Shown here: piece by piece, positions 45,287-59,454 of the stretch
How positions within the stretch are numbered: the stretch's first letter is position 1
Layout of the letters: each line of letters starts with the position of its first letter
Source of the DNA: Octopus vulgaris
Taxonomy: Eukaryota
NCBI GenBank assembly: GCA_951406725.2
Contig: OX597832.1
Location: 9,982,001-10,046,000 of the forward strand
Reading direction: 5' to 3'
Length of the DNA: 64,000 nt
The notes under the pieces: model-generated
The model's database searches: none
The model's input: the letters and a program-made list of their open reading frames with translations, nothing else
Told to the model about the DNA's origin: nothing
Made by a program: the position numbers and the translations under genes

Positions 45287-45462
45287 TAGCGTTGAGATAC
45301 GTCTCAATTATTTAGCTAATTTAGCTAAAACTAATTGAAAGTGAAAATTCAACGAAACTAGGATGATCATTGCTTGATATAACTGCTATAAATATCAACA
45401 ATCACACCTTGAAATAAAGCCCTACTTATATCTTAAATATAATAGTAAATAAGGGGATAAAT

Positions 45463-45549
<87 letters not shown>

Positions 45550-46496
45550 TATATATATACATAAAAACATATATGTTGACTTGGTGGTGACTACTTGAAA
45601 ACGGCAAACAGAACTTTTCACACAGATTAGATGAATTCGAGCTTAATTCAAGTTGTTAAAAATCGTACCAAATTTCATTGTTCATTTATAAATTTGTTCA
45701 TTTCATTATTTATTCATAATATAATATACTGAACCCGTGCGAAAATTAGGCCGCAAACAAAGAAGTTGGATAACATTAATGAGATTAATTAAATGTATAA
45801 GGGGACATAAAGTAGTGCTTAACAAAAGTCCACTGATTTGATTTTGTATTTAAGCTCAATATAATATATTTAATTACTTGGTAAGCAAAATGAATCTTCT
45901 GTAAGTAGAAAAACTTCCACGAAACGTTTGTACAATTATGATCAATACTGGTTAATTAGTGATCAAGTACAACTAATCTGAACGACGGATGAGTTTTAGA
46001 TGACAAAGGGAACAGAAACCTATGTCAATTTACGAATTTCGGGCGAACAAACACATACACCCATGTGTGTGTCTGTGTAGGCAGTAATGACTATGCATAT
46101 ATGAGAGTGTGTGAGTGCGCGTGTTTCTGTGCTGCGCGTTCCTTTCAGTTCTTGTTTTTCAAGATCGTCTCGAAGTGAGGTGTGCCTCAAAAACTTGTCA
46201 ATGATTTGAGAATAAACTTTAAAATTAGTGAATTTATGCAACTAAAAGACTATTCCTTCAATACTGCGTTAGTGAATGGTCGTCGTGAACAGCGGAAAAA
46301 AAAACGGGAAACGTGTATGACTGTGAAATATATTTTAATTCTATTATGTCAGACTTGAATTTTTATAATGTTCTTGCACTCCATGTACAGATGATGTATG
46401 GCAGTTTTGTGAGGCTGATCACAAAAGCCATTGGTACCTGCGCTTACTTCTCGAGGTAAGCTGCCTCCAGTTGCACAGGAGTTGTCGGGCCTGCGA

Positions 46497-47090
46497 CCAC
46501 CTAGTTGTTCAATTGGGCTCAAATCAGGGCTGAGAGCCGGCAACGGCATGTTTCTGATGTGTTGACAAAGGACGTCCATAGTGACCCTGGCTATGTGTGA
46601 GGGACTATTGTCCTGCTGAAATATGTGGCTATGGGGAAACGCGAAGAAGGGCATTATGTAAGGTTTTATGTTCCGGTCAACGTAGCGTTGCGCCGTGATG
46701 CCATTCCCTCTGCTTGCACCAACATGTTGGAACACATGGAGCCCAATTCTCTGATTCAAGCCCATAGCACCCCAAACTATGATGTTTGTCCACTCCACGC
46801 GTCTCTCTCCATTTCACATGTGTCTCTGTAGTGTTCACCCGATCCTACGCCACATCCTCACTCTGCCATCCGAGGTTGAAACACAGTATCCGCTCTCCTC
46901 AGAGAAGACTATCGGCCTCTATTGTTGATGCTGCAAATGAGGGTGCTTTGTAGCCCCCTGTAGTGTTGCTTGCAGTGGTGGGCGTAGAGGGCAGACGACG
47001 AGCAGGACGACGAGCAGGACGACGGCGACGCAGGTTGTTGGCGGCCAGACGACGACATTCTGTGTCGTCACTGATGGATCGCCGTCTAGT
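46497..47090 (-). mobile_element. Tc1-family transposase remnant
   Basis: ISDDTECRRLAANNLRRRRPARRP (HTH region), then IVWGAMG..GITAQRYVD..IFQQDNSPSHIAR..PALSPDLSPIEQL (DD34E-type). Confidence 0.9.
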
Positions 47091-47730
47091 TCCATTGGTC
47101 TCGCAAACTATCACAAATTCATTCAACAACCAAAGGAAACAGATCAAGAGTAGTTTCCATTAGCTAACCATATTCATATTCGATTTCACTAAAATATGAC
47201 AAATATTACTTTGAAACAATTCAAGAGTTAACTATCATTGCCTTCAAGGCATACAGTTAAACATCTTGAATAACAAGAGAAATTTAACTTAACATCATAC
47301 TACGAGTTTAAATTTCATGAACACTGCACTCTTTACAATTAACTCCTACAGTAGGAACTGGAGTAGAAATTTGACATTACCATGTCAGGCTATATTTTGA
47401 AAATGATAGAAGCTAGTGAAATTGTAAGAAATAACACATATTCGTAGTGAGGAAAATGTACCTGCATATGACTGTATTACTGATAAAACCATCATAATGA
47501 CAGAGAAAATAGATGCGAGAGAGAATTCCAATATATAGATTTAACCAGTAAATATAGGATATATTGGGGAAGAAACATTCACATCTTACATAGAACACGT
47601 TAAGTTACAATATTTCAACCATATTATAACACTTGAAAAGCACACTGCTACACACAACCTATCCGAATAGGCATTTTCTATTAACACATTATCCACTCCA
47701 GACTATCAAAGCAAACTATTATATCAATCA

Positions 47731-48127
47731 CTAGCAGTATCGCCCGGCTTTGCTCGGGTTTGTAAGAGAAATAACTATATAAGGATTTTTAGAGAGTTAT
47801 AGCCAAAATATAGCAAAAAATGCATTAAAAATGGGAAAAAAATGATGGTAATTTTTTTTTAAATAGTTCACTCATCGTAGACATTTTTAGAGAGTTACCT
47901 CCCTTATATAATAGCGAAAAAATGCATTAAAATAGAAAAAAAATGATGGTAATTTTCTTTTTAAATCGTAGACTCATCGTAGACGCGCGTTAATACCCAG
48001 AAAGGCTCGATATGAATCACGACTATAACATACCCGATTTTGGTTAAACTGCACCGCAAAATGTGGGAGTAGTTAGGAATCTAAATCGTAGGAGACAGAC
48101 TCACAACTTCACTTTTATATATAAAGA
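47731..48127 (-). mobile_element. Complete non-autonomous Helitron (397 bp)
   Basis: Minus strand A|TCtttatatataaaag...aaacccgagcaaagccgggcgatactgCTAG|T: 5' TC, subterminal hairpin, 3' CTAG, AT target. Contains two internal repeats of about 110 bp. Confidence 0.92.
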
Positions 48128-48575
48128 TATCACTGTCACCTAAATATCACTATAGTTGTATTCGGAACAAACTTTAGCAGCGTTTCGTAAACATGCTAAC
48201 AAATCTACACAAAATTTCATGCACGAATTTACAACTATGTTTCACAAGTGAATTTTACACACTTGGTTGGGAAGCCCCACAGAGACGCCTGCACGAATAC
48301 CAATCCGATATTTGAAATAAAATGGTACACAGACGCCATGGAAATTTCAAACACTTGTTCTGATTACTACTGAAATAGAAATGATAGATACGGAAAATGC
48401 GATGGATTCAGTGACAAAATAATTGTGATTAATGCAGAATCAATGTACACACATATACATAGCGATACACACTCATACATAATTCACCCTCCGGGGAACC
48501 AAAATAGTGTATTGTTTCGGAATCAAGGTCATGCATCATAATAGTATGTATGTATGTATGTATGTATATATATAA

Positions 48576-48630
<55 letters not shown>

Positions 48631-48639
48631 TGTGTCTGT

Positions 48640-48834
48640 GTCTGTGTTTGTCCCTCCAACATCGCTTGACAACCGATACTGGTCTGTTTACGTCCCCGTA
48701 ACTTAGCGGTTCGGCAAAAGAGACCGATAAAATAAGTACTAGGCTTACAAAGAATAGGTCCTGGGGTCGATTTGCTCGATTAATGGCGGTGCTCCAGCAT
48801 GGCCGCAGTCAAATGACTGAAACAAGTAAAAGAG
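48640..48834 (+). mobile_element. SINE family A 3' half, starting in (TG)n
   Basis: tgtgtttgtccctccaacatcgcttgacaaccg...gactgaaacaagtaaaagag. Confidence 0.92.
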
Positions 48835-49256
48835 TATATTACAGGTCACAATAATGCAGGAGAACGATCAGATATTTTACAATATTTAAAAAAAACACCA
48901 AACATCTATAGAAAATATTACCCTTAAGTGTCCTTCCATTCTACTATAAAGAACATACCATACACACACCTATACGTAGTCAAATGGTTAATGGTACAAA
49001 CAGCAATTTCAGATTTTTAAAAGTTCTTTTTCTAAAATACATTTTTCTTTGGCTATTTATCTACCAGCTGGAATTACTGTTTTGTAAAGTGCATTAGAAT
49101 ATGATTTGTTCTGCATTACATATGCTAAATTATTAATGATGCTCTTATTTTCTGTAATATATATATATATTGTATATATATATATTGTATATATATATAT
49201 TGTATATATATATATGTATATATATATATGTGTGTATATGTATGTATGTATGTATG

Positions 49257-49289
<33 letters not shown>

Positions 49290-49939
49290 CTTAGAATAAC
49301 TTAGAAAGGTTTTGGCCAGTATTGGCCCAGGCCATGTCTAACTTAATAGCACAATATATATATATATATATTACAGATTATTACAAAAAGAGCATCATTA
49401 ATAATTTAGCACATATATATATATATTGTAATTCGCTTGAAGCATTGTGTATTGTTTGTAAAGAATAAAATAGTTTTGAATGGCACAACATTGCACTATA
49501 ATATAGACAATGGGCTATATACCTGTTGTAATTTAGTCTTCCATAGTCTGATATGATATTTCGGAATAATATTCCTTCTACAGATATTCTTAGATGGAGT
49601 CGCTGTTATATGCGGTTTTCTAACGGTTTTCTTTATTTTGTGGAAGCGTCTCAGCAGTGGTCCTGAGAAGTGTGTGAGGTAGGCCATGTCTCAATCTCGT
49701 GTGTGCTGGTATATCCGTAGCGCTGCTTCTAAGTTACGTATTACACGTGCAGCTTCCTTTATTCCCTTCTATTTTTTAATCTTCTCTTTTTTATTTTGTT
49801 ATAAACTACAGATGAGCATATTATCAAAAATGAAACTACACGCATCCAGGTGGTTCACTACTACATTGCGAATGATACCTTTCTACGAAACAATTTCGAG
49901 AAGCACTTGGCGAGAAGTGTTCAAACATGTGCCGATATT

Positions 49940-50240
49940 TTTCCAGGAGAATGAATTGCCTGATTTATGACAACGCACGTCCACACGTTCGTGCTGAGGT
50001 CCCAGTTGACGCCCACACGGAGATCAATCTGAAACTCCTGCTTCCCTACTCACCGTTTCTTTATAGTACAGAAATGGCGCATACTGACTTAAAGACGCCG
50101 GTCAAACAGGTGCTCGCTCGAGATGAGTTGCAGCAAAGGGTTCATAACCAGGCAGCTGCAGAGGAAGGCGATCACACGTCATACAACAGGTCGCAAATTG
50201 TGTTTGTTGCTATAGACAAGACCAGATCTACCACATGGAA
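49940..50240 (+). mobile_element. Tc1/IS630-like DDE transposase C-terminal remnant
   Basis: LIYDNARPH...LLLPYSPFLYSTEMA, resembling DNA..H...LPPYSPFLNPIE. Confidence 0.75.
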
Positions 50241-51153
50241 TGTCTAAGAATGGTCAGGAAATGGAGGGCTTCCCCACAATCGCAGTCTTGTCGCAAAACT
50301 GAACCTAACAGTTAAGCAGCCATTCACTAATTTTATGGTATCTAATAATTTAGTTTGGGTCAAGCAAATATATTTATCAAAGTATACTAGTTTCTTTAAT
50401 CATAACTAGTACTGCAGTAATACACAAAATATACATTTTCAAGTGCCATTTCCTTGCTAAATTTCAGAACTAATACATAGATTTAGTGTATTCCGCTCTG
50501 TTGTAACATCTCTATACCAATCGTTTAAATTTACTTCAACATTCTCGTATATGATTACAATGTACTGTAATGAAACATGTTTTCTATTATAGCTAATCTC
50601 ACTTCACCCTCTCTGATTTACTTCGTCCTCCTTGTACTTTTATTGTCCTTTTCTTTCATTTATTTTATAAAGCCATTCATAATCCATGGTTTTACTGACC
50701 TAAATTCATATTTTTCACTGCCACATATTCATTGTTCAATATTCTTCTCCGAACAAGCTTCGTATATTCAAATTCTTCGCTGCCAGTCAATCATTAACAA
50801 TTGTTCTTTCCACTTGTGCTATATATTAATACTTCTGCAACTGAAGACTTTATACGTTGACAGATTATTTTTTTCCTAAATTTCCCTCACATCAACATCA
50901 TTAAGCATTCATTTCATATAAAACAATTTTATACGACATTCATTAATTTACCCATCAATTTTCACCCTCTAATCTCTATTAAATTAAAACTTCTTTATAA
51001 TTTATATTCATTTGCAATGTTACTCACTTCTTAGCTGATGACCTACCTTTGAAAATTGATATGTCCCCCCGCTCTCATAGTGACGAGCTGCATTTACTAG
51101 CTAGGAATTATTTACATTTTCCTCTATCTATCTATTTATCTATCTATCTATCA

Positions 51154-51237
<84 letters not shown>

Positions 51238-51691
51238 GAGTATCTATCCATTTATTTGTCTTTATATCTATATATATATATACATACACACACACATATG
51301 TATATACATATATATATAAATATATTCATGCATGAGAAATTTATAAGAATATATAATTGCTATATGATTATGAAATATCATAACACACTAAAACAACAAA
51401 TGTGTGGAAAGAAACGTTAATTTATATATACACCAATTTTCGTAAGCCAAACGATACCGGAAAAGAGACAGAATAAATTCGTAAGTATAAATACCCTTCT
51501 GTATACAGCAGACAAAATACACACTAAAGCAGTTTCAACCGATATCAACAGAACAACTCTTTTTCGGTACGTGCATGAATATACGCAATAACTGATAGTT
51601 ACATATCATGGTATCAAGAAATGGGAATATATATTTCATTACTTTCACACACATATACACGCCTCGCTCTTCTCTCTCTCTATATATATAC

Positions 51692-51726
<35 letters not shown>

Positions 51727-53189
51727 TTTGTGTACATATTTCTTTATGTACACATACATAAACACGCATATAGACCCATGTCCATAGAGAGGTGGAGAAG
51801 TAGATATCTGTTTAGAAGTATGTTTGAATATATGTGTGTGTGATTGTGAATGTGTGTGTGTGTATGTCTGTTTGTGCGAGTATGTACATGTGAGTGTGCG
51901 TGTTTGATCAGTTTGCCATCTCCTGTGCTTTTTATTTAAGTTTATTTCTGCAAAATATAATAATATTTCGCTCGCAGAAAAAGTTATCGTAAAATGTGTA
52001 TTTTCCCAGGCGGTTCGAATCCAAAATTTTCTGTTCTTGAAATCTTTTGATTTAAAGTCATATAAAATAACTGTAGTGATTTTTAATATAATTTAAATCC
52101 GTTTACTTTCTGTCTTCATTTCTCGTGAGATAGCAATTCGAATTTATGTATCACACTCATGACTTCATCATTTGAAAAACTTCTTTCTTATTTATGTAGA
52201 AATCTGATTTATTATAAAACTGCAAAAAGAAAAAGAAGTCCTTATGTGGTTAGTTGAAAACACGTACTTCCAATTTTTCATCAATAGGTCAGACTATTTA
52301 TTGAGCATGTAAAAGATAGGTTGTGTTAAATAATATATTTTCTCATTTTACATCATTATTTTCTGTATATAACAAACATATGATCCATACTGCTAAACAC
52401 ACGTTGTGCGATATATACTTCATATCACTTGAAAATAATTGAAACTTCATGAAAAATTCAAGTATATCTCCGGAATGTTTTCACCGTTGCAGAATATATT
52501 AAAGAATTAGTTCTCATTTTATAACCAGTTTTATACTTTAAGTCAGAAACAAACTAATGTACACTATGATTTATACATATAATTTATCACCTAATGAAAA
52601 GTTTGTTTTCATATATTTGGTTTTGGTGAACTAGGACGTCTACTGAAAATATTCAGCATCTTGTTATTCCACCTTCCGTATATAATTATTCCAGATTCAG
52701 TATATTTTTATTCCAGCTTGTAAATGAATTTGTCATACGCATTCTCTATAGGAAATTTCTGATGTATAAATAAGCAACAACTTTCATATTTACTACTGGA
52801 TTTTCCTTTCTTTATTATTATTTGAATATTGTGTCTGTCAAATCATAATACTTGAGTAATGGCAATGGGAAATCTTACGGAAGAAATACATATTACATTA
52901 GATGAATCTAGACTTTGTGTAGACTGTTGTCTGCAAAATGCCCGGCATGCAAACTATCACATAAACTAAATGTCAAATACTTCTTAGCTTAGCATATTGT
53001 CATCCCAGCTACCGTTTCGATAACCTTAGTTCAGCTACTTCCAAAAGCAATTTCATCAGGTAAATATTCTGCACATTTTTAACTGATTCAAAAGCTTCGA
53101 ATAAAAGATTCCATCCAATCACCATTCAGCTATCTGACTACGGTTTCTGTAACGGTAGGTGTGAGCCCTCAAGTGGCTATCTCTGCCAT

Positions 53190-54860
53190 ATTGTCGGAGG
53201 ATTTTTTACTTCTTTGTGGATCATTCAAAGTTATCATGCAATCACTGGAATTCTAACAACTTTTCTAACAACATATTTTCTACTTCAATGAATATATCTT
53301 TGTATTTTCAGAACTTGTAATTTTTTTTGCATAGATATTATGATCACAAGGTATTCTCACGTCGATCAGTAAACCCACATTATTATTTTCGGATTTTGCA
53401 ACATTATCTGTCTGTATGTACTGCAAAGTCCCAAACTGCCGTTACATTTTCTTCCACAGTTACAAACTGAACATGTTGCTTAGGGCACCTGTAAACATAT
53501 TCGATTTTATAATACTGACAAGTCTGTCATGTCTTGATTTCTACTCTACGATAGTATAAGCACTAGTCTTACAAAGAATAAGTTTTCGGGGCGATTTACT
53601 CGACTAAAGGCAGTGCTCCAGCATGGCCGCAGTCAAATAACTGAAACAAGTACAATAGCAAAAGAGAATGTACATATATCCTCATCTCTTAAATATAGAA
53701 CTTAATACAAAATGTTGTGCCCTATACCAAGACAGAATGTAGCTTACACCTTTTGAAATTTTCGTGACTTACATCGAGTCGTTAGATTTTTCAAGATATT
53801 TAGTGAGTCCATTTGTGATGTTTTTACAATATAGCTCGAACTAAATAAAGTATCGACCTCAATGGGCCCTGACAATTTAAAGAAAATCTACGCATTCCTT
53901 TGGATTGTGCATCATATTGCAAATCAGCAGCTTACATATTTTTTGTGAATCATCTATATTTCATTGATATTCTTACTCAACACATTGAAGTTATAAATAA
54001 CAACTGGAACTACTAACGTAGGTATGTTTTACACATTGTTATGTACTTTTAGCATCTTTCCAGAAATGTTAGAAGTCTACTATAACATTCCTTCATAATC
54101 TTTTTTTCATACTCGCATGATGAATTCCAGAACCTTCAATTATCCCTAGCCATTTATAGGTTTATCCTGCTCAATTTCTTTATGACTGTATCAGTATCTA
54201 ACACGACTGATTTTGAGTTTCTCAATTTCCCTTCTGGAAAGTGACCTTGGCACACTTATGAAGACCAAACACCACCTCAATGGTATCACTAACTGCTTTC
54301 AAATTATGTAGATAGGCCTTCAAGTTCATTCTTCAGGAGGATTGGAATTATATTATTGGATGATAAGGTAATGCCCTAAATATTAGTTGAGCATGTAAAA
54401 ATATTTTCAGCGCTTTAACTATTATTCTCAATGTATATATAATCAGAGAGAAAAAATGCAGATCATATTACACATTGGAGAAAAAGTTAGTTTGGAAATA
54501 GTACAACACAGGTCATAAAAATATAGGCAGAAAACTTGCAGAACAATTGATAAAAACTACGAATGCAAGCACTAAGGCTCATTTCAATTAGTGTCGCCTC
54601 TAAATAAAATATACTATGCTGTTTAGCATCAAGGCTGGATGCTAATGAGATTATTACTATCCATGGCATAATATAAGGAATTCTTTAGAATAAAGTTTAT
54701 TCTTCCTACAGACAAAAACCGTGTAGCGCGAGGTCATGTAATGAAAGTGAAAGTCAGAAAATTGTTTCCTTGTACCCTCGGGAATATTGGAAAATGGAAA
54801 GACATTTGTGCTTGAGCTATCATCACAGTAGGTATTCGTACAATAGAAATCTCTGGGGTA
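53190..54860 (-). mobile_element. Degenerate R4/Dong element (RT to RLE), interrupted by a SINE A tail
   Basis: Minus strand: FGLHKCAKVTFQKGK, GIIEGSGIHHASM..KECYSR, LVVPVV, MMHNPK, RHDRL, WDFAVHTDR, LLIDVRIPCDHNI, KYKDIFIEVENM. The high-coordinate boundary is uncertain. Confidence 0.82.
53549..53668 (+). mobile_element. SINE family A 3' fragment
   Basis: cgatagtataagcactag.cttacaaagaataag...gctccagcatggccgcagtcaaataactgaaacaag. Confidence 0.88.
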
Positions 54861-54946
54861 TTTTGGTACATCATGTTAATTGTGATATTTAAGGAAACAA
54901 AAGTAATAAAGACAAAATAGAAAAAAAATTACAGCTCATGTATGTA

Positions 54947-54996
54947 GGCGGTACTCCAGCATGGCCACAGTCAAATGACTGAAACAAGTAAAAGAG
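54947..54996 (+). mobile_element. SINE family A terminal 50 bp
   Basis: ggcggtactccagcatggccacagtcaaatgactgaaacaagtaaaagag. Confidence 0.85.
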
Positions 54997-55097
54997 CATG
55001 GAACATTGAGAAAACAGATGTTTATAATAATGATATGAAATAAAATCAAGAAGAGACGAAAAGGAAAAAGTGTAGGAAATGTTAAAATGTAGTCGGG

Positions 55098-55106
55098 AAT
55101 AATAAC

Positions 55107-55183
<77 letters not shown>

Positions 55184-55232
55184 TAATAATAATAACAATA
55201 ATAATAATAATGATAATAATAATAATAACAAA

Positions 55233-55306
<74 letters not shown>
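55098..55306. repeat. (AAT)n microsatellite
   Basis: Directly visible. Confidence 0.95.
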
Positions 55307-55860
55307 GTGCCCTGATGCACTACCAGGCAGTGGCTCTCATGGCTTCTGATCTTAACTGATTGGAAGTGTTATCATGTACATTGTTTTGTCTTGGTATAAC
55401 AGATGGGCTACAGCAAATATTCTGCTCAATACCACAGATTTGCTTGTCAGTTGTTTGACCTTAACCAGTTGAGCATGTCCCTTAGTGGCTGACAATATGT
55501 GCATCTTTGATCACGAGCAGAATTAGTGGGGGAGCATCTAGCCATGTGTTGAGAGGAATTCTTTGGGGCTTGAATAATTCAACTCTGGAAACATGGGTGT
55601 TTTGCTCATCATCCTTAAACAGCCCTTATTCAGGGACTTTTGAGCGGGATGGGCTACTCAACCTGAAGAAAATTCTAACTGGGCCCCACCTGCAAGGTCA
55701 TGTGCTGTTTATCTTGATATGAGATCACCATGTCGCGCACATATGGTTGTGATGCATGTGCCTGGTGTACCTTTATCAGACGGGTAGTCATGATGGGTAT
55801 ATTGGACTTCGTATATTTTACCCCAGTGTCACTTTGATGGCATGCACTGCTCTCTCACTC
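55307..55860 (+). mobile_element. Family D non-coding element embedded in (AAT)n on both sides
   Basis: Homologous to 9781-10316; clean junctions with (AAT)n at both ends. Confidence 0.9.
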
Positions 55861-56175
<315 letters not shown>

Positions 56176-56970
56176 AGTTTTGTAAGAGATAGCGCGATTA
56201 TTTTGATTGCCTGGAAGCTACCAATGAGGATGTAAAGCATAATTTGACTCACCACTTCGAGTCTACAGTTACTTCAATTCTATGATCACATATATGCCTT
56301 TTTACTCATGAAAAGCATGAAAAGTAAGTGAAAAATTCTCTTATTTATTTTCTTCCTCCGGGGGACAAAAGTTGTCATTAAAACTAAGGAACAAACAGTT
56401 TGTATTCTCACACAGATATCTCTGCATGCCACCCAAAAAATATCATGTGATTGAATATTTTTACATTTCAGTTGGAGACCTGATGTTGCTGCAAACGTAA
56501 TATTTACACACCATGAATTCTGCGTTAAGGCAAAAAATTGTGTACTTAACAAACATTGCTGAGGTCACATATTTTAAGATTAGAATGTAGAATAAATTAG
56601 GTAACTTCCGATATAACACTCTTACAGAAATTAATTTTCTGCGTATGCGGAACGTATTACTCCCAAAATGTTCCTTACAAATATTTCGCAGATATCCAAA
56701 ATGATTTCAGTGACACACGTCACCGTATTAGTGAATACGGATTATCAGATATTTACAAAGAAACTTATGCTCGAACAGGAACAATATGGCAGGATCGCAT
56801 CTAGCTGACGAAACGGAGATGAACGTAAATGATATATTCTTAACAAATAAGAAGTTAGCCATGAGTAGTTTTCAATACGAAACACAACATTTATATAGGT
56901 ATACCATTTATATATCTTCTTTCATTTACATGTTTTCCCACTCTACGGATGCATGGCATTTTTATTGCAG

Positions 56971-57030
<60 letters not shown>

Positions 57031-57032
57031 CA

Positions 57033-57194
57033 GGCGCAGGAGTGGCTGTGTGTTAAGTAGCATGTTTACCAACCACATGGTTCCGGGTTCAGTCCCGCTG
57101 TGTGGCACCTTGGGCAAGTGTCTTCTACTATAGCCTCGGGCCGACCAAAGCCTTGTGAGTGGATTTGGTACACGGAAACTGAAAGAAGCCCGTC
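57033..57194 (+). mobile_element. SINE family A 5' half, ending in (TA)n
   Basis: ggcgcaggagtggctgtgtg...gaaactgaaagaagcccgtc. Confidence 0.92.
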
Positions 57195-57197
57195 CTA

Positions 57198-57252
<55 letters not shown>

Positions 57253-57379
57253 CATTTTCAGTAAAAGCAATTAAGATTCAAGTGAGTTCCAATTAATTCA
57301 CATGAATACGGTACTTAACTTAGATGCACCAGAAATCTATATGGTATTAACCATAAAGTAATGTGGGATGATTATAAAC

Positions 57380-57904
57380 AAGAAAAAAGCAACAAGAATG
57401 GATTAGTTTTTCAGTACAATTGTTTCATACGAAGAACAGCTACAACCATTATAATTCCAAAATAGTAGTTTTGTGAAATGAACAGAAGTGTGATCGGCAT
57501 CTCCTCATATATCAGGAAATTATACCCACTTTATTATGGATAAATTCATCGTCTCTGAGTATGAAATATCTCCTCATATCTACGGAAATTACACCTACAT
57601 TACTATGGATGGATTTACCTTTTCTGTGAAACTAACAAGCTTTTTTAAAACCTTTTATGAAACTGTGCATCATTAGAGAACTTTGGAAGACTGCTTACAA
57701 TCTAAATTTGCTTTTTATAGAACTCTCTTCGATACTTCATGAGTGTAGCCTCACCCCCTAGGATGTGTGGAAAACTCATATGTGTTTTGGCTGATGAGTA
57801 CGGGACACTTGTATTTGCTGCAATATTTGCAGCTTTTAATGAAGCTGTTCTTCGTATGAAACAATTGTACTGAAAAACTAATCCATACTTGTTGTTTTTT
57901 TCTT
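57380..57904 (+). mobile_element. Non-coding element with an inverted partial copy of its hammerhead-bearing end (Penelope pLTR-like)
   Basis: 57380-57441 is the reverse complement of 57843-57904, which contains the 3' half of the hammerhead. Confidence 0.8.
57785..57875 (+). ncRNA. Type I hammerhead ribozyme with intact core
   Basis: Stem I UUUUGG/CUGAAA; CUGAUGA at 57791; stem II GUACGGGACA/UGUUCUUCGUAU capped by a GCUGCAA/UUGCAGC hairpin; GAAA at 57858; palindromic stem III ACAAUUGU; GUA triplet at 57867-57869. Confidence 0.8.
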
Positions 57905-58112
57905 TTTATATGTATGTATCTATATATATATATGTACGTTTAAATATTTGTTGTGCAAGATTTTTTATGTGAAGTCGTGTGTTGAAACAGACGTTGTTAT
58001 ATTTCGGAATGGTCATATTGCCAGTTTAGCCAATAAAAAGTCACGCACTATATATTTGGTATTATTTTGCTTCAGTGTTATATATTTTTTACATTAATCT
58101 TAATCTTATTTC

Positions 58113-58157
58113 GGCCAGAGTACTTTCGTCACACTCCTGTGACCACATCAGTGGTCC
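58113..58157 (-). ncRNA. Minimal type I hammerhead-like motif with a variant core
   Basis: Minus strand ggacca-CUGAUGUG-gucaca ggag ugugac-GAAA-guac-UC-uggcc: perfect 6-bp stem II, palindromic stem III AGUACU, stem I CCA/UGG. A9 is replaced by U and there is one extra G. Confidence 0.6.
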
Positions 58158-58393
58158 TTTGTTTTCTTCTTACTTATGTGTGTCTCTCCTTACTAACCGT
58201 CAGCCATTTTGTATTTCTATTGTATGTCTTCATTTGCAAATGAAGACAATAAATACAATATAAATACAATAAATGAATTAATTGCATTGCAATTCTTAGC
58301 ATTTATGTATTACCATTTCTGGGTGCTTTACTGGCAGTATATTTGATATATGTTATCCCATAGAGGGTTACACTTACAACCCCTATCTCACTT

Positions 58394-58444
<51 letters not shown>

Positions 58445-58446
<2 letters not shown>

Positions 58447-58658
58447 TCTCTTATACTCTTTTACTTGTTTCAGTCATTTGACTGCGGCCATGATGGAGTA
58501 CCGCCTTTAGTCGAGCAAATCGACCCCGGGACTTATACTTTGTAAGCCCAGTACTTATTCTATCGGTCTCTTTTGCCGAACCGCTAATGTGACGGGGACG
58601 TAAACACACCAGCATCGGTTGTCAAGCAATGCTAGGGAGACAAACACAGACACACAAA

Positions 58659-58699
<41 letters not shown>

Positions 58700-58864
58700 T
58701 ACGACAGGCTTCTTTCAGTTTCCGTCTACCAAATCCACTCACAAGGCATTGGTCGGCCCGAGGCCATAGCAGAAGACACTTGCCCAAGATGCCACGCAAT
58801 GGGAATGAACCCGGAACCATGTGGTTGGTTAGCAAGCTACATACCACACAGCCACTCCTGCTCC
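58445..58864 (-). mobile_element. SINE family A, full length
   Basis: Reverse complement of 41479-41900 with high similarity. Confidence 0.95.
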
Positions 58865-58895
58865 TATAGATAGATAGATAGATATATATATATAT

Positions 58896-58951
<56 letters not shown>

Positions 58952-59225
58952 GTAGGTAGATAGGAAGGTACTCATATATTCCCGTGCATATAGAAACATA
59001 CGTATAAATGAAAATTCACACTAACATACACATACGCGTGCACGCACATACACACAAACATACATACTCACTCACACACACACGCACACACAGAAGCATA
59101 TATATATATATATATGTCCATGCAAGTATTATATGTGAGCTTTCATGAAATCGAAAACGAGTTTATAATATTTTAGAAACATATCTTATAGCACTGTATT
59201 TCATTTCTAGTAAATCTAATATATG

Positions 59226-59454
59226 TTTCTTTATTACGCACAAGGGGCTAAACATAGAGGGGACAAACAAGGACATACAAAGGGATTAAGTCGATTATAT
59301 CGACCCCAGTGCGTAACTGGTACTTAATTTATCGACCCCGAAAGGATGAAAGGCAAAGTCGACCTCGGCGGAATTTGAACTCAGAACGTAGCTGCAGACG
59401 AAATACTGCTACGCATTTCGCCCGGCGTGCTAACGGTTCTGCCAGCTCGCCGCC
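59226..59454 (-). mobile_element. SINE family B, full length
   Basis: Minus strand ggcggcgagctggcagaaccgttagc...gagttcaaattcc...gcctttcatcctttcggggtcgataaattaagtaccag. Confidence 0.95.

Noticed and set aside
46963-47163. GC-rich Arg-rich ORF on the plus strand
   Set aside because: It is the antisense reading of the Tc1 transposase remnant, with a small gacgacgagcag duplication.
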